Assembly: GCA_951406725.2 (NCBI GenBank) | Contig: OX597823.1 | Location: 4,154,001-4,218,000, forward strand | Source: Octopus vulgaris | Lineage: Eukaryota | DNA: 64,000 nucleotides | Direction: 5' to 3' | In this document: piece by piece, positions 27,501 through 41,300 of the stretch | How positions within the stretch are numbered: position 1 is the first letter of the stretch | Layout of the letters: each line of letters begins with the position of its first letter | Position numbers and translations under genes: made by a program | Notes under the pieces: model-generated | Told to the model about the DNA's origin: nothing | Databases searched by the model: none | What the model saw: the letters and a program-made list of their open reading frames with translations, nothing else

Positions 27501-30500
27501 TATCTTGAACATGTGAGCATGCACACAACAGCCAAACGCTGCATCACTGAAACTGTGAAATGCACAGTTCTATACAAGGATTTTTGTATTTTTTTCATAA
27601 ACTTGGGGATGGCTACTGACATTAAGCTCAAGGATGATATAATGTACAAGTATAAAGAAAGAATTTAAAAAAAAGGACTCTTTATATTGAATGTTATCAA
27701 TAATATTGAGTGGAAATATTATCCTATACACAAGCCACCACCAGTTGAGTGGTTAAGAAGCTAGCTCCCCAACCATGTGGTTCTGGTTTCAATCCCACTG
27801 TGCAACACCTTAGGCACATGTCTTCTATTTCAGCACTGGGCCGACTAAAGTCTTGTTTATGAAATTAGTAGATGGAAACTGAAAGAAGCCCATCATGTGT
27901 GTGCACTCATGTCTTGACATCATGTGATGGTTTTAAATGAGCATCACCCTCATACAAGCAATGCTGTTCTTTTCTAATCTTCCATGGAAAGCATGTCTAA
28001 CCATGGAGAAATATTACTTTGCTTGGAAACGGATGGGGATGGCAACAAGAAATACATCCAGTCATAGAAGATCTGCCTTGACAAATGCCATCAGAACTAA
28101 GCAAGCAGGAAAAATTATGACATTGAATCTAAGATCACAATGATCATAATGATGCAGATAATTTGTTGAATAGGGTTTTATTCGTTATTGCATTGAGAAA
28201 TGAAGTTTATACAAAGCTTGTCTTACCAGCAAGAGTAACTTTGATTCTGTACTGACTTTGTTTATTTGTAAATGGGAACCTAATTTTGTTCCACTTGTAT
28301 CAACAGTATTTAATGGATGTATTTATCTCTAGATGTCCCCTTAATATTGTGTTTATATCAATCTGTGCCAGCATAGAATATGGGCATCAAATTATGATTG
28401 TGGTGGTAAAATATTAACAATCCTTCAGAATCGAGTTCATTCTTAGTTTGTCTGAACTGGCAGATGTAAATTTAAATCTTTATCAACTGACTTCATTTGT
28501 AAACGTGAACAGAATGTTGTTCCAGTTGTATTAACAAAGTAATATAAGCAGTGACTAAAACGTGTATTTGTCTCCAGAGGTTATAAAGGCCACATGGAAG
28601 ACCTCCATGACGATGGGAAGATGATTTAGTTCAGCAATTTAGGTCAAGATTGAAAAGGATGGTGAAATGAGGACAGAGTTGGAAGCAGATTGTGGCCAGC
28701 CGTGCATTACAACATCTGATGGTTGTCTGGTCGATACTGACTTGTTGCTAGACATGTCTCTATACTGGGTTTATATTTCTCAATGTGCATCATTTGTACT
28801 TTAGTTTTGGCCAGTGGCAGACTGGGTCTTAAAATATTGGTTGCCAGGAGACTAAGGGGGCCACCCGCAACTACAATGCTATCATTCCACAACTACAATG
28901 CTATCATTTAATTTTTTTTTTTGCTAAAAGTATTCTTTTCAACTGTCTACAAACATAGCCAGGCTGAAATAATTAATGCATTCTTCCAGGAGTGAATAAA
29001 AAATTCTAAAACATGGGGGGATTGGCCCCCATATATGGATTCTAATGGTGCAGGAACCCTACTTACCATCGGGCAAGCTGGCAACCTGGCTGGTCCACCA
29101 CTGGTTTTGGCTATCTGTAGATGGATAGTGTAGCTTTCTTGTACTTTGCTGAGACCAAAGTTAAGGTTTGAATAAGAGAAAGATTTTTCAGAAACGTAAT
29201 ATAATCTGCTCTCTGAATCAACATGGGTGAAAAAAAGGTCTGCTTACCACTGCATAGTTGTGTAGGAAGCATTCAGAAGCCAACGAGAGAACATGTCTGA
29301 TCGTGTGTAGTTACTTGTTCATCGTTCAGTGTATTTTCCCCATCTCTAACCATCCCTCACTCTCTTCCATATAACTCTTGCAGCTTCTCCCTACCCACCC
29401 TGACACCTGCTCACCATTATTTTTGTCTCTCTTTCCAGCTCCACCCCCACCCACCCCACCTACTCTTACTCACTCTGATATATATCTCCCCTACAACATG
29501 TAGGGGAGATATACTTTAAACCCAATGCTTCTGAACCACTTTCATTCCTATTTTACTCTACTGGACCCCCATAGCTATTCAGTGTTTAACCCTTTCGTTA
29601 CCAACCCGGCTGGAACAGGCTCTGGCTCTGCAGTACAAATGTCTTGTTTTTATAAGTTTTGAATTAAAATCTTCCACCAAATCTTAGTCACAATTTATGT
29701 TCCTAACACTAGCTGAATGATAACTATATTATTTTACTAAATTCTTTATTCTATTTAAAGTAATTGAAAGAAGCAGAGAGCATCTCAGAATAGATACAGT
29801 AACGAAAGGGTTAAAAAAAGCCTTTTTTTTTTCATATATATATAATGAAATTTTATTAGGAATTGTATAAAAAAATTAATATATTTTGTTTATTATAGAA
29901 GTATAACCAATTTATCTCACATAAATATTAATACTAAAATCTTACATGGTCCCTGGTTGAGAACCACTGGTTCTATTATCTAACATAATGCTGCCTCCTG
30001 CTCAGTTGATGATAATTTTAGTCTTGTGAGGTACTTGGCAATCTCACTAGTGCTGGTACCTTAAAAAAGTAGCACCCAGTAGACTCTGTGGTTGGCATTA
30101 GGAAGGGTATCCAGCTATAGAAACTATGCCAACACAGACATTGGGTCTTGTCGGGCTGTCCAACCCCTGCCAGTATGGAATATGAATGTTAAACGATGAT
30201 GATAATTGATATGAATAGACTAATCATATTGATTTCTGTGCTTGGCATCATAATAATAATAATAATGAAATTATTGTATACAGTGCTCAGGTGCACCACA
30301 ACAAATGTTCTTTCCTAACATCATGTTCCGTTCCGTTCTAATGTTTAGATCTGTCCAATCTGTTTGTCAGCTCTCTGTGGCAAGTTGAGTATTTCCAGTA
30401 TGGAGAAAATAGGTTCACCGTTTAGATTCAGCATTATGGAATTTATATTTGTACAAAGAGGACTTCTGGAGACACTCTGGGATTGAACCAATCAAAGCAT

Positions 30501-32310
30501 GGCATTGATCATTAAAAATATGAAAGAATGAAATTCATTAACAGCAAGTTTTCCATTATTATCCTATAATCCATCTCCAAGAGAATTAAGATTCGGAATA
30601 CTTTTTCGGATTTTGTCTCCTGTGGAAATGGAATTTCTCAGGTTCTGTGAAGAAGTTGTCTCCCTCTAATTTAGTGGGTCTCTCTCTCTCTCTCTTTCTC
30701 TCTCTCAACCAAGTTTGTCTTTCTAAGTTCTACAAAGTCCCTTTGTCTCCCATTCTATGGAATTCCCCCCCCATCTCTCTCTAGTTGCTCCCCCTTTCTC
30801 TCTCTCTCTCTCTACCATCCTCTCTAGTTCTATGAAGTCTCTTTTCATAACCTAAAAATACCGCAAAGTCTTTTTAGTTTCACAAAAGTCTCTCTTTGAC
30901 TGATTTGAACAACAACAACAACAACAACACTTCTGTTCTCCACTTAATCCGTGTCTCCTGTTTCCCCTGGGATTGATTTAGTTTTCCTTTTTGCCACTTT
31001 TTTGCAGATTTATGACAAGAAAATGAAGCAATACGCAGACAGCCTGCTTTCCTCACAGACCAATGTCCAACAAAGCACTGACCAGCCAAACGGGGCTGAA
31101 ACCATCCGAGAAGAACTGGACTTACTGAATACTACCTACATGAATATGGTTCAATGGACTAATAACAGGCTGAAGGACATCACTTCGATCTTGTCCGAAG
31201 CTAATGTTGACATGAAAGTAAGTGAATCTTACTTTTAAGTTATTTTGTAAATGTTTGTGTGTTTGTAAACGTGTGAAAAGATGTATTTGTTGTGGATATA
31301 TGAGAATGAGTGTGTGTGTGTGTAATAGATGTGCTGTGTGTGAACATGTGAATATATTTGCAGTGTCTGTATGTGAGTATTGAAAGCTTGTGGCTTAGTG
31401 GTTTGTGTATTCGGCTCATGATTGTGAGGTCCTGAGTTCAAATCCTGGCAGCACATTGTATCACTTTGTTTCACACTGCTTCAGTCCACTCAGCTGGCAA
31501 AAATAAGTTGTACCCGTATTTCAAAGGGTCAGCCTTGTCTCATTCTGTTTCGCACTGTATCTCCCTATGGGAGAACTGTGTTAAGGGTACACGTGTCTGT
31601 GGAATACTCAGCATGTTAATATCACGAGCAGGATGTTCTGTTAATCGGATCATCTGGAATCCCCATCATCATCATCATCATCGTAAGCATGTGAACATAT
31701 GCACAGGTGTAGCTTGTGTGGTTTGGTAAGTTTGCTTCCACTAGGGGGAGGGGCAGTAGGGGCAGTCCACCCTGGGTGACACTTTTAATGGGACACCACT
31801 TTTGGGTCTGCTGTAGGCAATAATTGTTTTTTGTGGGGTCTGGGGGTGGTGAACAGAAGGGCCACCCCAGCCGGCACACACTCTAGCTACACTAGTGTTT
31901 GCTTCCCAACCACATGGTTTCAGGTTCAGTCCCGCTGCATGACAACCTTGGGCAAGTGGCTTGTACTGAAGTCCTTAGTAGACCAATGCCTTGTGAGTGG
32001 ATTTGGTAGAGGGAAACTGGAAGAAGCCCATCATGTATGTCTGTGTCTCCTTGTCTTGTACACGAGTGTTACTGTCTTACAAGCAATGTCGCTCATTATC
32101 GACATTCTGCAAAATCATGTCTGGTTATGAGAAAATGTTTCCTTGCTTCGAAATGGGTTTAGGTTTGGCAACTAGGAGGGCAGCTGGCTGTAGAAAATCT
32201 GCCCCAATAAACTCTTTCTAACACATACAAGCGGGGAAAAGTTAGTACTGAAATGATTTAAAGCAACAACATTGAATATCTGTGTAATATATGTACAATG
32301 TACATGCTGC

Positions 32311-32346
<36 letters not shown>

Positions 32347-35300
32347 TCATCATCATCATCATCATGTAGCGTCCGCTTTCCATGCTAGCATGGGTTGGAC
32401 GGTTCAACTGGGGTCTGTGAAGCCAGAAGGCTGCATCAGGCCCAGTCTGATCTGGCAGTGTTTCTATGGATAGATGCCCTTCCTAACACCAACCACTCCG
32501 TGAGTGTAGTGGGTGCTTTTTACGTGCCACCCGCACAGGTGCCAGACGGAGCTGGCAAACGGCCATGGACGGATGGTGCTTTTTATGTGCCACCGGCATG
32601 GGGGCCAGGCGAGGCTGGCAACGGCCACGAATGGATGGTGCTTTCCTGAGCGTCCAATAACACTATGCTTGTTCCACATCCTCACACTGTTGTGTTTTCT
32701 CTTTGTTCATGTTTGGATTCACTATGTGTATATGCTGTTAGTGAACATGTGTATTGCTTCTCAGACACTTTTCTTTTTTTTTTTTTAGGGAAGAGGGGAG
32801 GAATCATTGAATTAAAAAATACTCTTTTTTTTTTCTTCTTTTCTTTCCCTAATTTACATTTGGTTCTGTTCTTGTTTTAGTTTCAAATGGTGATTGATGA
32901 GAATATACCACTGCTTCGAACATTCCGTGCTGAACTAGCTAAACGTTCTTCGATGCTTGTTGATGAAGACATGCAAGGATTCTTTCAGCAACTTGATAAA
33001 TTCGATAGTCTTGGCAGTATTCCTGCTAGCTACATGAGCTCTTCCTCCTCCTCTTCAACTGCCATAGCAGCCAATCATCCCTCAGCAACATACACAAGTA
33101 GCACGTTTGTCTCGACAACTAAAACCTCCATAAAACAAATGCACAGACCCAGTCGAGACGCTAAAGATACTCATTTATCAAATATTTCTGAAATGCCTGA
33201 AACTTCACCATTGAATGGTGATGTACATGTTGAAGATGATGCAATGCAAATTTCTCAGATTCCTGTGAAAAATGTCCAAAATGTTATAAGCGTTGCCAAA
33301 ACAAAACTTGAGACAACACACGGTAGTATTTTGGAGAGTTTAGTTGTAAACCCACAGAGCCAGATGAAAGTCAGTTTATATGAAGCATTCCAACAAGGTA
33401 TAATTGACACGAGGTCTGCTACGTATGTGGATCCTCTTACAAAAGCCAAAATAAGTTTGTCAGAAGCAGTCTATAAAGGTTACTTAGATTCAACTTTATT
33501 CCAGCAACTGCACCAACCCTGTGGCCTTGTTGACCCTAATTCAAACCAAGAGTATACACTAATAGATGCTGTCCAGTTAGGTCTTTTGGATCCACTAAAG
33601 GGCCAAGTGTCAAACCCTTTGACTGGAGAAATGATTCCTGTAAAAGATGCATATGGACAAGGTTTAATTTCTCAAAAGCTACCAAGTTTGCTTGGTATTA
33701 GCCCCGACATCACTGTCAGTGAAATTACTCAATCACAAGCTCATTTTGGTCTGCAAAATTTCCCAGGAGCAGACAAAGCTCTCGGTTTGGCAGAAATTCT
33801 TCAGAAGGGTATGTTTGATGAACTGAAGAGCAAAGTTTGTGATCCAATTTCTGGTCAAGAAATGACAATACTTGAGGCAGTTGAGAAAGGTTATATAAAT
33901 CCTTCACTGAAGGAAATCCGTGCAACCAGGGCAACTCCTCTGATTTCTTTGACTGAAGCTGTGTCAAAGGGAATCATTCACCCACAATCCGGACAGTTCC
34001 TGGAAACCAGCTCTGGGAAATGGATGAGCTTATCTGAAGCACAACGTAAACAATTACTTGTTCAACCTATGTCTTTATCAGATGTCGTTCAAAAAGGAAA
34101 CCTCAATGAAGATGGTTTGATCTTCGAGGCTGTAAGTAACCAAGCTATTTCCTTTGCTAACGCTGTCAACCAGGGAATTATCAATACTGATTCTAAAAGT
34201 TTGATAATTACAAAGACTAATGACATATTTTCCCTCAAAGATGCTCTTCAGAAAGGAATCTTAAATGACAAAGGGCAAGTTTTAATACCAGATGCTGAAC
34301 ACCCTCTTTCAATACAAGATGCCTTAAAGGAAGGTCATATTAAAATTGCCAATGAGTGTGTGTCATTCCCACCTAAAACTATTCTGGACAGTAACACTGG
34401 ATCTTTGATGTCTGTTTATGAAGCTCTGATGAACGGAGTTTTGACAACACAAGGTGAGTTTGTTGACTCACAAACTGGAAGAAAGCTTTCAATAATGAAT
34501 GCTGCCAAACATGGTTTCCTTGATGAAGAAATAGCCTCGAATTTGACCAAGAAATTACTTGAAGATCCATCTGGCAGAAAACTATCAGTGATTGAAGCCA
34601 TTAACATTGGCATGATTGATATTCAGTCTGGAAATATTCAAGACAAATCTGGTAATATGGTTCCCTTACAGAATGCAGTTTCTGAAAATATTCTTTCACC
34701 AGAAAAGGCTCAGATGATTTTAGAATTGATAAGTCCGTTAATTATTTCTACAACTGTTACAACTTGTGTGTCATCTGATCAAGTAAAACCACCTGTCACT
34801 GCTATCACAATCTCTGAAGCAATTTCCAGAGGTCTTCTTGCAGAGCAAGCTGGCACATTTAAAGACCCTAATACAGGTGAAATTATGACTATTGAGGATG
34901 CCATCTACCGAAAATTACTTCGTTTGTCATCAGAGTGGCCTTCCAGTAATGTCCCCGGACAGTTTATCAAAAACAGCTTTGATGAATTGGATGAAACAGC
35001 GGAGAGAACACCTAAGAAACAGAAAACTGTGATTTCTAGTGCAGCAGAAAGTACGATACAAACCCCACAAGAATCTCTGAAATCTAATGATTCTATTGTG
35101 GAATCTGCTTTTATTAGTAAATCAGCCCAGAACTATACCTTCACTCAGATAGCTTTGACTAAACCTGTCAAAGCCGTCATCTCTGAAGTTCGTAACATGT
35201 CAATCAAATCTGTTGTGGACCCTAAATCTAAAAAAGTTATTGACGTAGATGAAGCCATCGATAAAGGTCTCATTGATTTAGGTTCTGGTTTATTTTCTGA

Positions 35301-38300
35301 TCCCACAACAGGTGATAACATTCCTATAAATGAAGCAATCAAAAAAGGTTATATAGTTGCAGAATATACAGTGGAGCCACCTACAGTGGCTGAAGAACCC
35401 ATTAAAGAAACTGTCGCTTTTTCAATAACTGGTGTCCTGCACCCTGTCACCAAAGGGAAATTATCTGTTAGCCAAGCAATACAATTAGGAATCCTTGATC
35501 AAGACAGAGGACAATATGTAGGAATTAAAGATAATAAAGAATGTCGAATCCCCATTAGTCAAGCAATTGAAGCAGGTCTTGTTATTGCTGAAGACTTAAG
35601 TACTGTGCCAAAGTCCATTAAACCGGATTGGATCCGAGAAACAAAGACATTCAACTTGAAGAGTGTGGTCCACCCAGTGACGAATGAAATTATGACTGTA
35701 GCAGAAGCAATTCATGAAGGAATCATTGATGAATCCCGGGGTCTTTATGTCAATCCGCTGACCTTGGAAAAAATCATGATAACTGAGGCAATTGAAAAGA
35801 AACTCATTGATGCTGAGTTGTCATTTGTTACACCAAATGTTGAACGAGAAGGAAATCGGATCATAACAACAAAACAAACCACCATGACTGTCTCCGCTGT
35901 AGTGGACCCTAGAACGGGTAAGAAAATATCAGTAAATGAAGCTATCAAAGATGGTATATTAAACTATTCTAAAGGACTGTACATAAACCCATTAACAAAA
36001 GAAGAGATGTCCCTTGAAGATGCTATTCTAAAAGGATTAATATTTACTGAAGAAACCAGAGCTGCTCCTGTTAACAATAGATCTGAAATAAGTAGCATCC
36101 ATATAACGGAAGATGAAGAAACCTTTGAAAGTACAATGGTTGAAGATGTGTCTTTACAAACTGTCACATTAAGTATCACGAGTGTTGTTGATCCACTCAC
36201 CATGGATCTTGTCTCGTACGACAAAGCTGTTGAAAGGGGGGTGCTGAATCTACACGAAGGCCTCTATACAAATCCGACAACTGGAGAGAACATGTCCATC
36301 ACAACAGCCCTAGAAAAGGGTCTTATTCATGGAGAAGTCACTTCACAGCAAAGGGAAGAGGATATACTGAAAAGTTCCATCATGGCTGAGTCACCTGAAT
36401 TTCCGTTCAATAAAGTAACATCAGTTATTGATCCTAGAACTGGAGCAGAGGTGTCTTTATCGAAAGCTATAAAAGAAAACATAATTGATGTTGACAATGG
36501 AGTATTCTTTGATTCCCGATCCCATGAACGGTTGAGTCTTAATGATGCACTGAATCAAGGTTTTATAAAATTATCCAAAACAACTGACATCTCACAACTA
36601 AACATCACTGAAGATGAGAACAAGGTTGAAGAAGATTTTGGGGAATCGAACACTGAAATCCTTTCTCCAAGGTCTCCAACAAAAGTGGATATGAAGTTAG
36701 AGAAATCAGAACTAACTACGTCTAGTCCCTTTGAGAATGAGTCAATTGCTACAGAAGCTATTAACATTGAAGTCGATATAACAAAGAAGAGAGATGACAA
36801 ATTTTCAACTCCATTTTCAGCAGAGAGACAACCTGAAGAACCTACATCTGGGTTCTCGTATGCTGAAGGCATCAAATTAGGGTTTATTGATCCACAAACT
36901 GGTTTAGTAAATCTCCCTTCATTGGAAAAACCACTCACTCTTTTGGAAGCTATTGATCAGAATGTGATAGATCCCAACAAAGTTGCTATCCTTGATGTTC
37001 AAGGAAAACAGACCCTTACACTGGAAGACTGCTTTAAAATGAATAAACTCGATCCTCAAACAGGTAAAGTAAATGATATTGAAACTCTTGAGTATTTACA
37101 AGGTCTTAGCAGTGCTCAAGATTTGAAACCAGTGAATATAATTGATGCTGTTTCTCTTGGAATGTTTAATCCTGAGACTAAACTATTTTCTGATAAACTA
37201 GGTCATACTTTCACCCTTGAAGAAGCCATCAGGGATAATATTATATCCACTGACTTTACAACAGTAAAAAATCTTTCAACTTCTGAGAGACTCCCTTTTG
37301 ACTCAGCCTTAAAACGAGGATTAGTAGATAAGCGGACGGCAGAAGTAACAGACACTAAACATTTATGTAAACTTCCTCTGACAAAGGCTGTTGAAAATAA
37401 GATTGTTGAAAGCATGTATGATCCAGAAACTGGGGGATTCTATGATCCCAAAACAAAACAAACCGTTCCAGTTAAATCAGTGATCACAGAAGATCTTGCA
37501 AGTGGGTCAAAGTTTGAAGTTTATGACAGTGAAAGAGGGGAAACTGTGCCCCTATCTGTTGCGATTCAAAGAAATCTTGTCAACAAACAGACAGGGGAGG
37601 TGATTGATTCATCAAGCAATAAAACTCTAAGTGCCAAAGAAGCTGTGAAACTTGGCCTGCTAGCAACTGTTGGTGCACCAATTATAGGTACTGCTCTTGC
37701 TGGTAAAACTATTTACAATGCTGTTAAGAATAAACTTAATGAAAAGGCTGCCAAAGATGCTCAAGACAAGACATCTACCAGATTGCAATCTAAAGGTCAA
37801 TTACCATCATCAGGTCCTGATCAACAACCTGACAGATCAAAGAGAGAGCAGATACCTTCATCAACATCTGAGATGCAACAGCGAGATCAGCCAACAACTG
37901 ATGTGCCACAGAGAGGCCAGCCACCATCGACAGGTGATGTGCCACAGAGAGGCCAGCCACCATCGACAGGTGATGTGCCACAGAGAGGCCAGCCACCATC
38001 GACAGGTGATGTGCCACAGAGAGGCCAGCCACCATCAACAGCTGATGTCCCACAGAGAGGTCAGCCACCATCAACAGCTGATGTGCCACAGAGAGATCAA
38101 ACACTGTCAACAGGTGACGTTCCACAGAAAGGCCACCAACTACCATCAACCGATGCGCCTCAGAGAGGTCAGCCACCATCGACAACTGATGCATTACATA
38201 GGGGTCAAGCCCCACCAACAGCTGATGTCCCACAAAGAGGTCAAATACCATCAGCAGCTGATGTCCCACAGAGAGGTCAGCCACCATCGACAACTGATGC

Positions 38301-41300
38301 ACTACATAGGGGTCAAGCACCACCAACAGCTGATGTCCCACAAAGAGGTCAAATACCATCAGCAGCTGATGTCCCACAGAGAGGTCTGCCACCATCGACA
38401 ACTGATGCACTACATAGGGGTCAAGCACCACCAACAGCTGATGTCCCACAAAGAGGTCAAATACCATCAGCAGCTGATGTCCCACAGAGAGGTCTGCCAC
38501 CATCGACAACTGATGCACTACATAGGGGTCAAGCACCACCAACAGCTGATGTCCCACAAAGAGGTCAAATACCATCAGCAGCTGATGTCCCACAGAGAGG
38601 TCAGCCACCATCGACAACTGATGCACTACATAGGGGTCAAGCACCACCAATAGCTGATGTCTCACAAAGAGGTCAAATACCATCAGCAGCTGATGTCCCA
38701 CAGAGAGGTCAGCCACCATCGACAACTGATGCACTACATAGGGGTCAAGCACCACCAACAGCTGATGTCCCACAAAGAGGTCAAATACCATCAGCAGCTG
38801 ATGTCCCACAGAGAGGTCAGCCACCATCGACAACTGATGCACTACATAGGGGTCAAGCACCACCAACAGCCGATGTCCCACAAAGAGGTCAAATACCATC
38901 AGCAGCTGATGTCCCACAGAGAGGTCAGCCACCATCGACAACTGATGCACTACATAGGGGTCAAGCACCACCAACAGCTGATGTCCCACAAAGAGGTCAA
39001 ATACCATCAGCAGCTGATGTCCCACAGAGAGGTCAGCCACCATCGACAACTGATGCATTACATAGGGGTCAAGCACCACCAACAGCTGATGTCCCACAAA
39101 GAGGTCAAATACCATCAGCAGCTGATGTCCCACAGAGAGATCAACCACCATCAACAGCAGATGCACTACATAGGGGTCAAGCCTCACCAACAGCTGATGT
39201 CCCACAAAGAGGTCAAATTCCGTCAGCAGCTGATGTCCCACAGAGAGGTCAGCCACCATCGACAACTGATGCATTACAGAGAGGTCATGCCCCACCAACA
39301 GCTGATGTCTTACAAAGGGATCAAACACCATCAGCGGCTGATGTCTCACAGAGAGGTCAGCCACCATTGACAACTGATGCACTACAGAGTGGTCAAGCCC
39401 TACCAACAGTTGACAGCCCACAAAGAGGTCAACCACCATCAACTGATATGCCACAGAGAGGACACCCGCTGTCAACAACTGATGTACTACAGAGAGGTGT
39501 TCTACCAGAGAGTGGTCAGTTACCTTCTACACCTGACGTACCTGACAGAGGTCAGACACCTGTTTCTGCAACTGACATATTACAGAAAAGTCAACAACCA
39601 TCTTCACCAAAAGTACCACAAAGTTTCCAGCCACCCTCCACTACAAATGATAAATACCCTGATTATTCTAAAGAAATAATAGGAACAGATAAACCAACTT
39701 CTGAAGGGGATTCTTCTGATAAACCAACTACAACAATAATATATGCTAAACCTGATGACCAGATAAGACCCACCCACCCTGCCGGACATGGAGTGAGTGT
39801 AAGTCAATCGGTCTTTACGAGTAGCACATCAACTGTTAGTAGTGAAACTATGAGCATATCATCTCCTGTCCCAGCTTCAAGTCATCAAATCCAACCTGTT
39901 GACAGAGATTCATCCCAAGTAATTTCTTATCCAAATGTGGTTCTCAAAGATGGTTCAAATGTTAGCATTGATTGGGAAAATGGTTTGGTATTTGATTCTT
40001 CAAGTGGGAAGCAGATGACTGTTGCTGAAGCTGTGCAGAAAGGGCTGCTCAATAGTGATTTGATAGAAAATCTGGCTGAGCAGCGTACTCCCCAGCAAAT
40101 TCCATTTTCCAAGAACATCAACATTAATTGGCAGTCTGGCAGAATAACCGATATCAAAACTAATCAACCACTAACAATAACTGAAGCTTTACATAAAGGA
40201 CTCCTTGATATAGCAACTGCACAGAAATTAGCTGCAATTTCTGGGGAGAAATTGCCCTCTGACATCATCGCTAGTGCCTTACAATCGAAAAAGACCAAAC
40301 CATCTGAGCCAGAACTTCAGACAACTAGTTCTAGGGAATTCCACCAGACAGTTACTGTGAGAGAAAGTTGTACCATATCCCAGTCTGGAACAGATGTGAA
40401 GCAATCGGCTTCCTTCACAACCATGTTACCAATGACCTTAAACGATGCTGTTCATGGTGGCCATTTCATAAATGAACTGGGTAAAATTATCAACCCAATG
40501 AATGGTCAACCAATGTCCATTCGGGAGGCTGTTGACCATGGAGTGATCGACTGTGATAGATCTGTTATAATTGATCCCAAAAGTGGTACTGTTTTATCTG
40601 TGAGGTTGGCAATGCATGGAAACGTTCTTAATCCTGACACAGGTGAACTTATCCATACTGTGACTGGTGAGCGGATACCTTTGCATGAAGCTCTTCTGGA
40701 AGGTTTAATTCCTGATGAGATATTATCTACAGGAATGGACATAAAAGATTCTGCAGAATCAAGCAAAGAACTCTCTGAAAATCTATTTAATGAGCGAAAA
40801 TATACTTTAGATGAGGCCATAAATCTTGGTTTGGTTAACGAACAGGATGGGACTTTTACTCACCCAACAACCAAAGATACAATGACACTTTCTACTGCTG
40901 TTCAGTATGGATTTATTGGTTCTGATAAGGACAGTGTGGTGGAACCAAAAGAGCTTCATAAATATGAAAAGGTAACGAAAGACAGTGTTTCTAATGTCTC
41001 AATGAAAACTTATCCGATGACTACTCCGGAAGCAACACTTGTCCATCAGCCATTGGCATTGTCACCTGGGGAACAGATCAAAGAGCAAGGCCCAGCTGAC
41101 ACCACCCCTGAATCTGTTGTTGTAAAAAGGCAGAAGGGCACTAGAAACACTGATGAGTTGGCCAAGAGACTTTCTTTTGCAGAAGCTCTTAACCAAGGTT
41201 TTATTGATTTAGCTGAAAATAAATACACAGATCCCAAAACCGGATCTCGGATGGCAATTTTAGATGCTATCAGAGAACAACTTATTGACCCAAGCGCTGA

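Noticed and set aside
37890-39550. CRISPR-like regular array
   Set aside because: No unique spacers; it is an in-frame coding tandem repeat in an animal gene.
37697-39679. Long overlapping ORFs: 318, 237 and 100 aa His/Gln-rich on the plus strand, 562 aa on the minus strand
   Set aside because: By-products of the stop-free 36/108-nt tandem repeat; they end near where the array ends.
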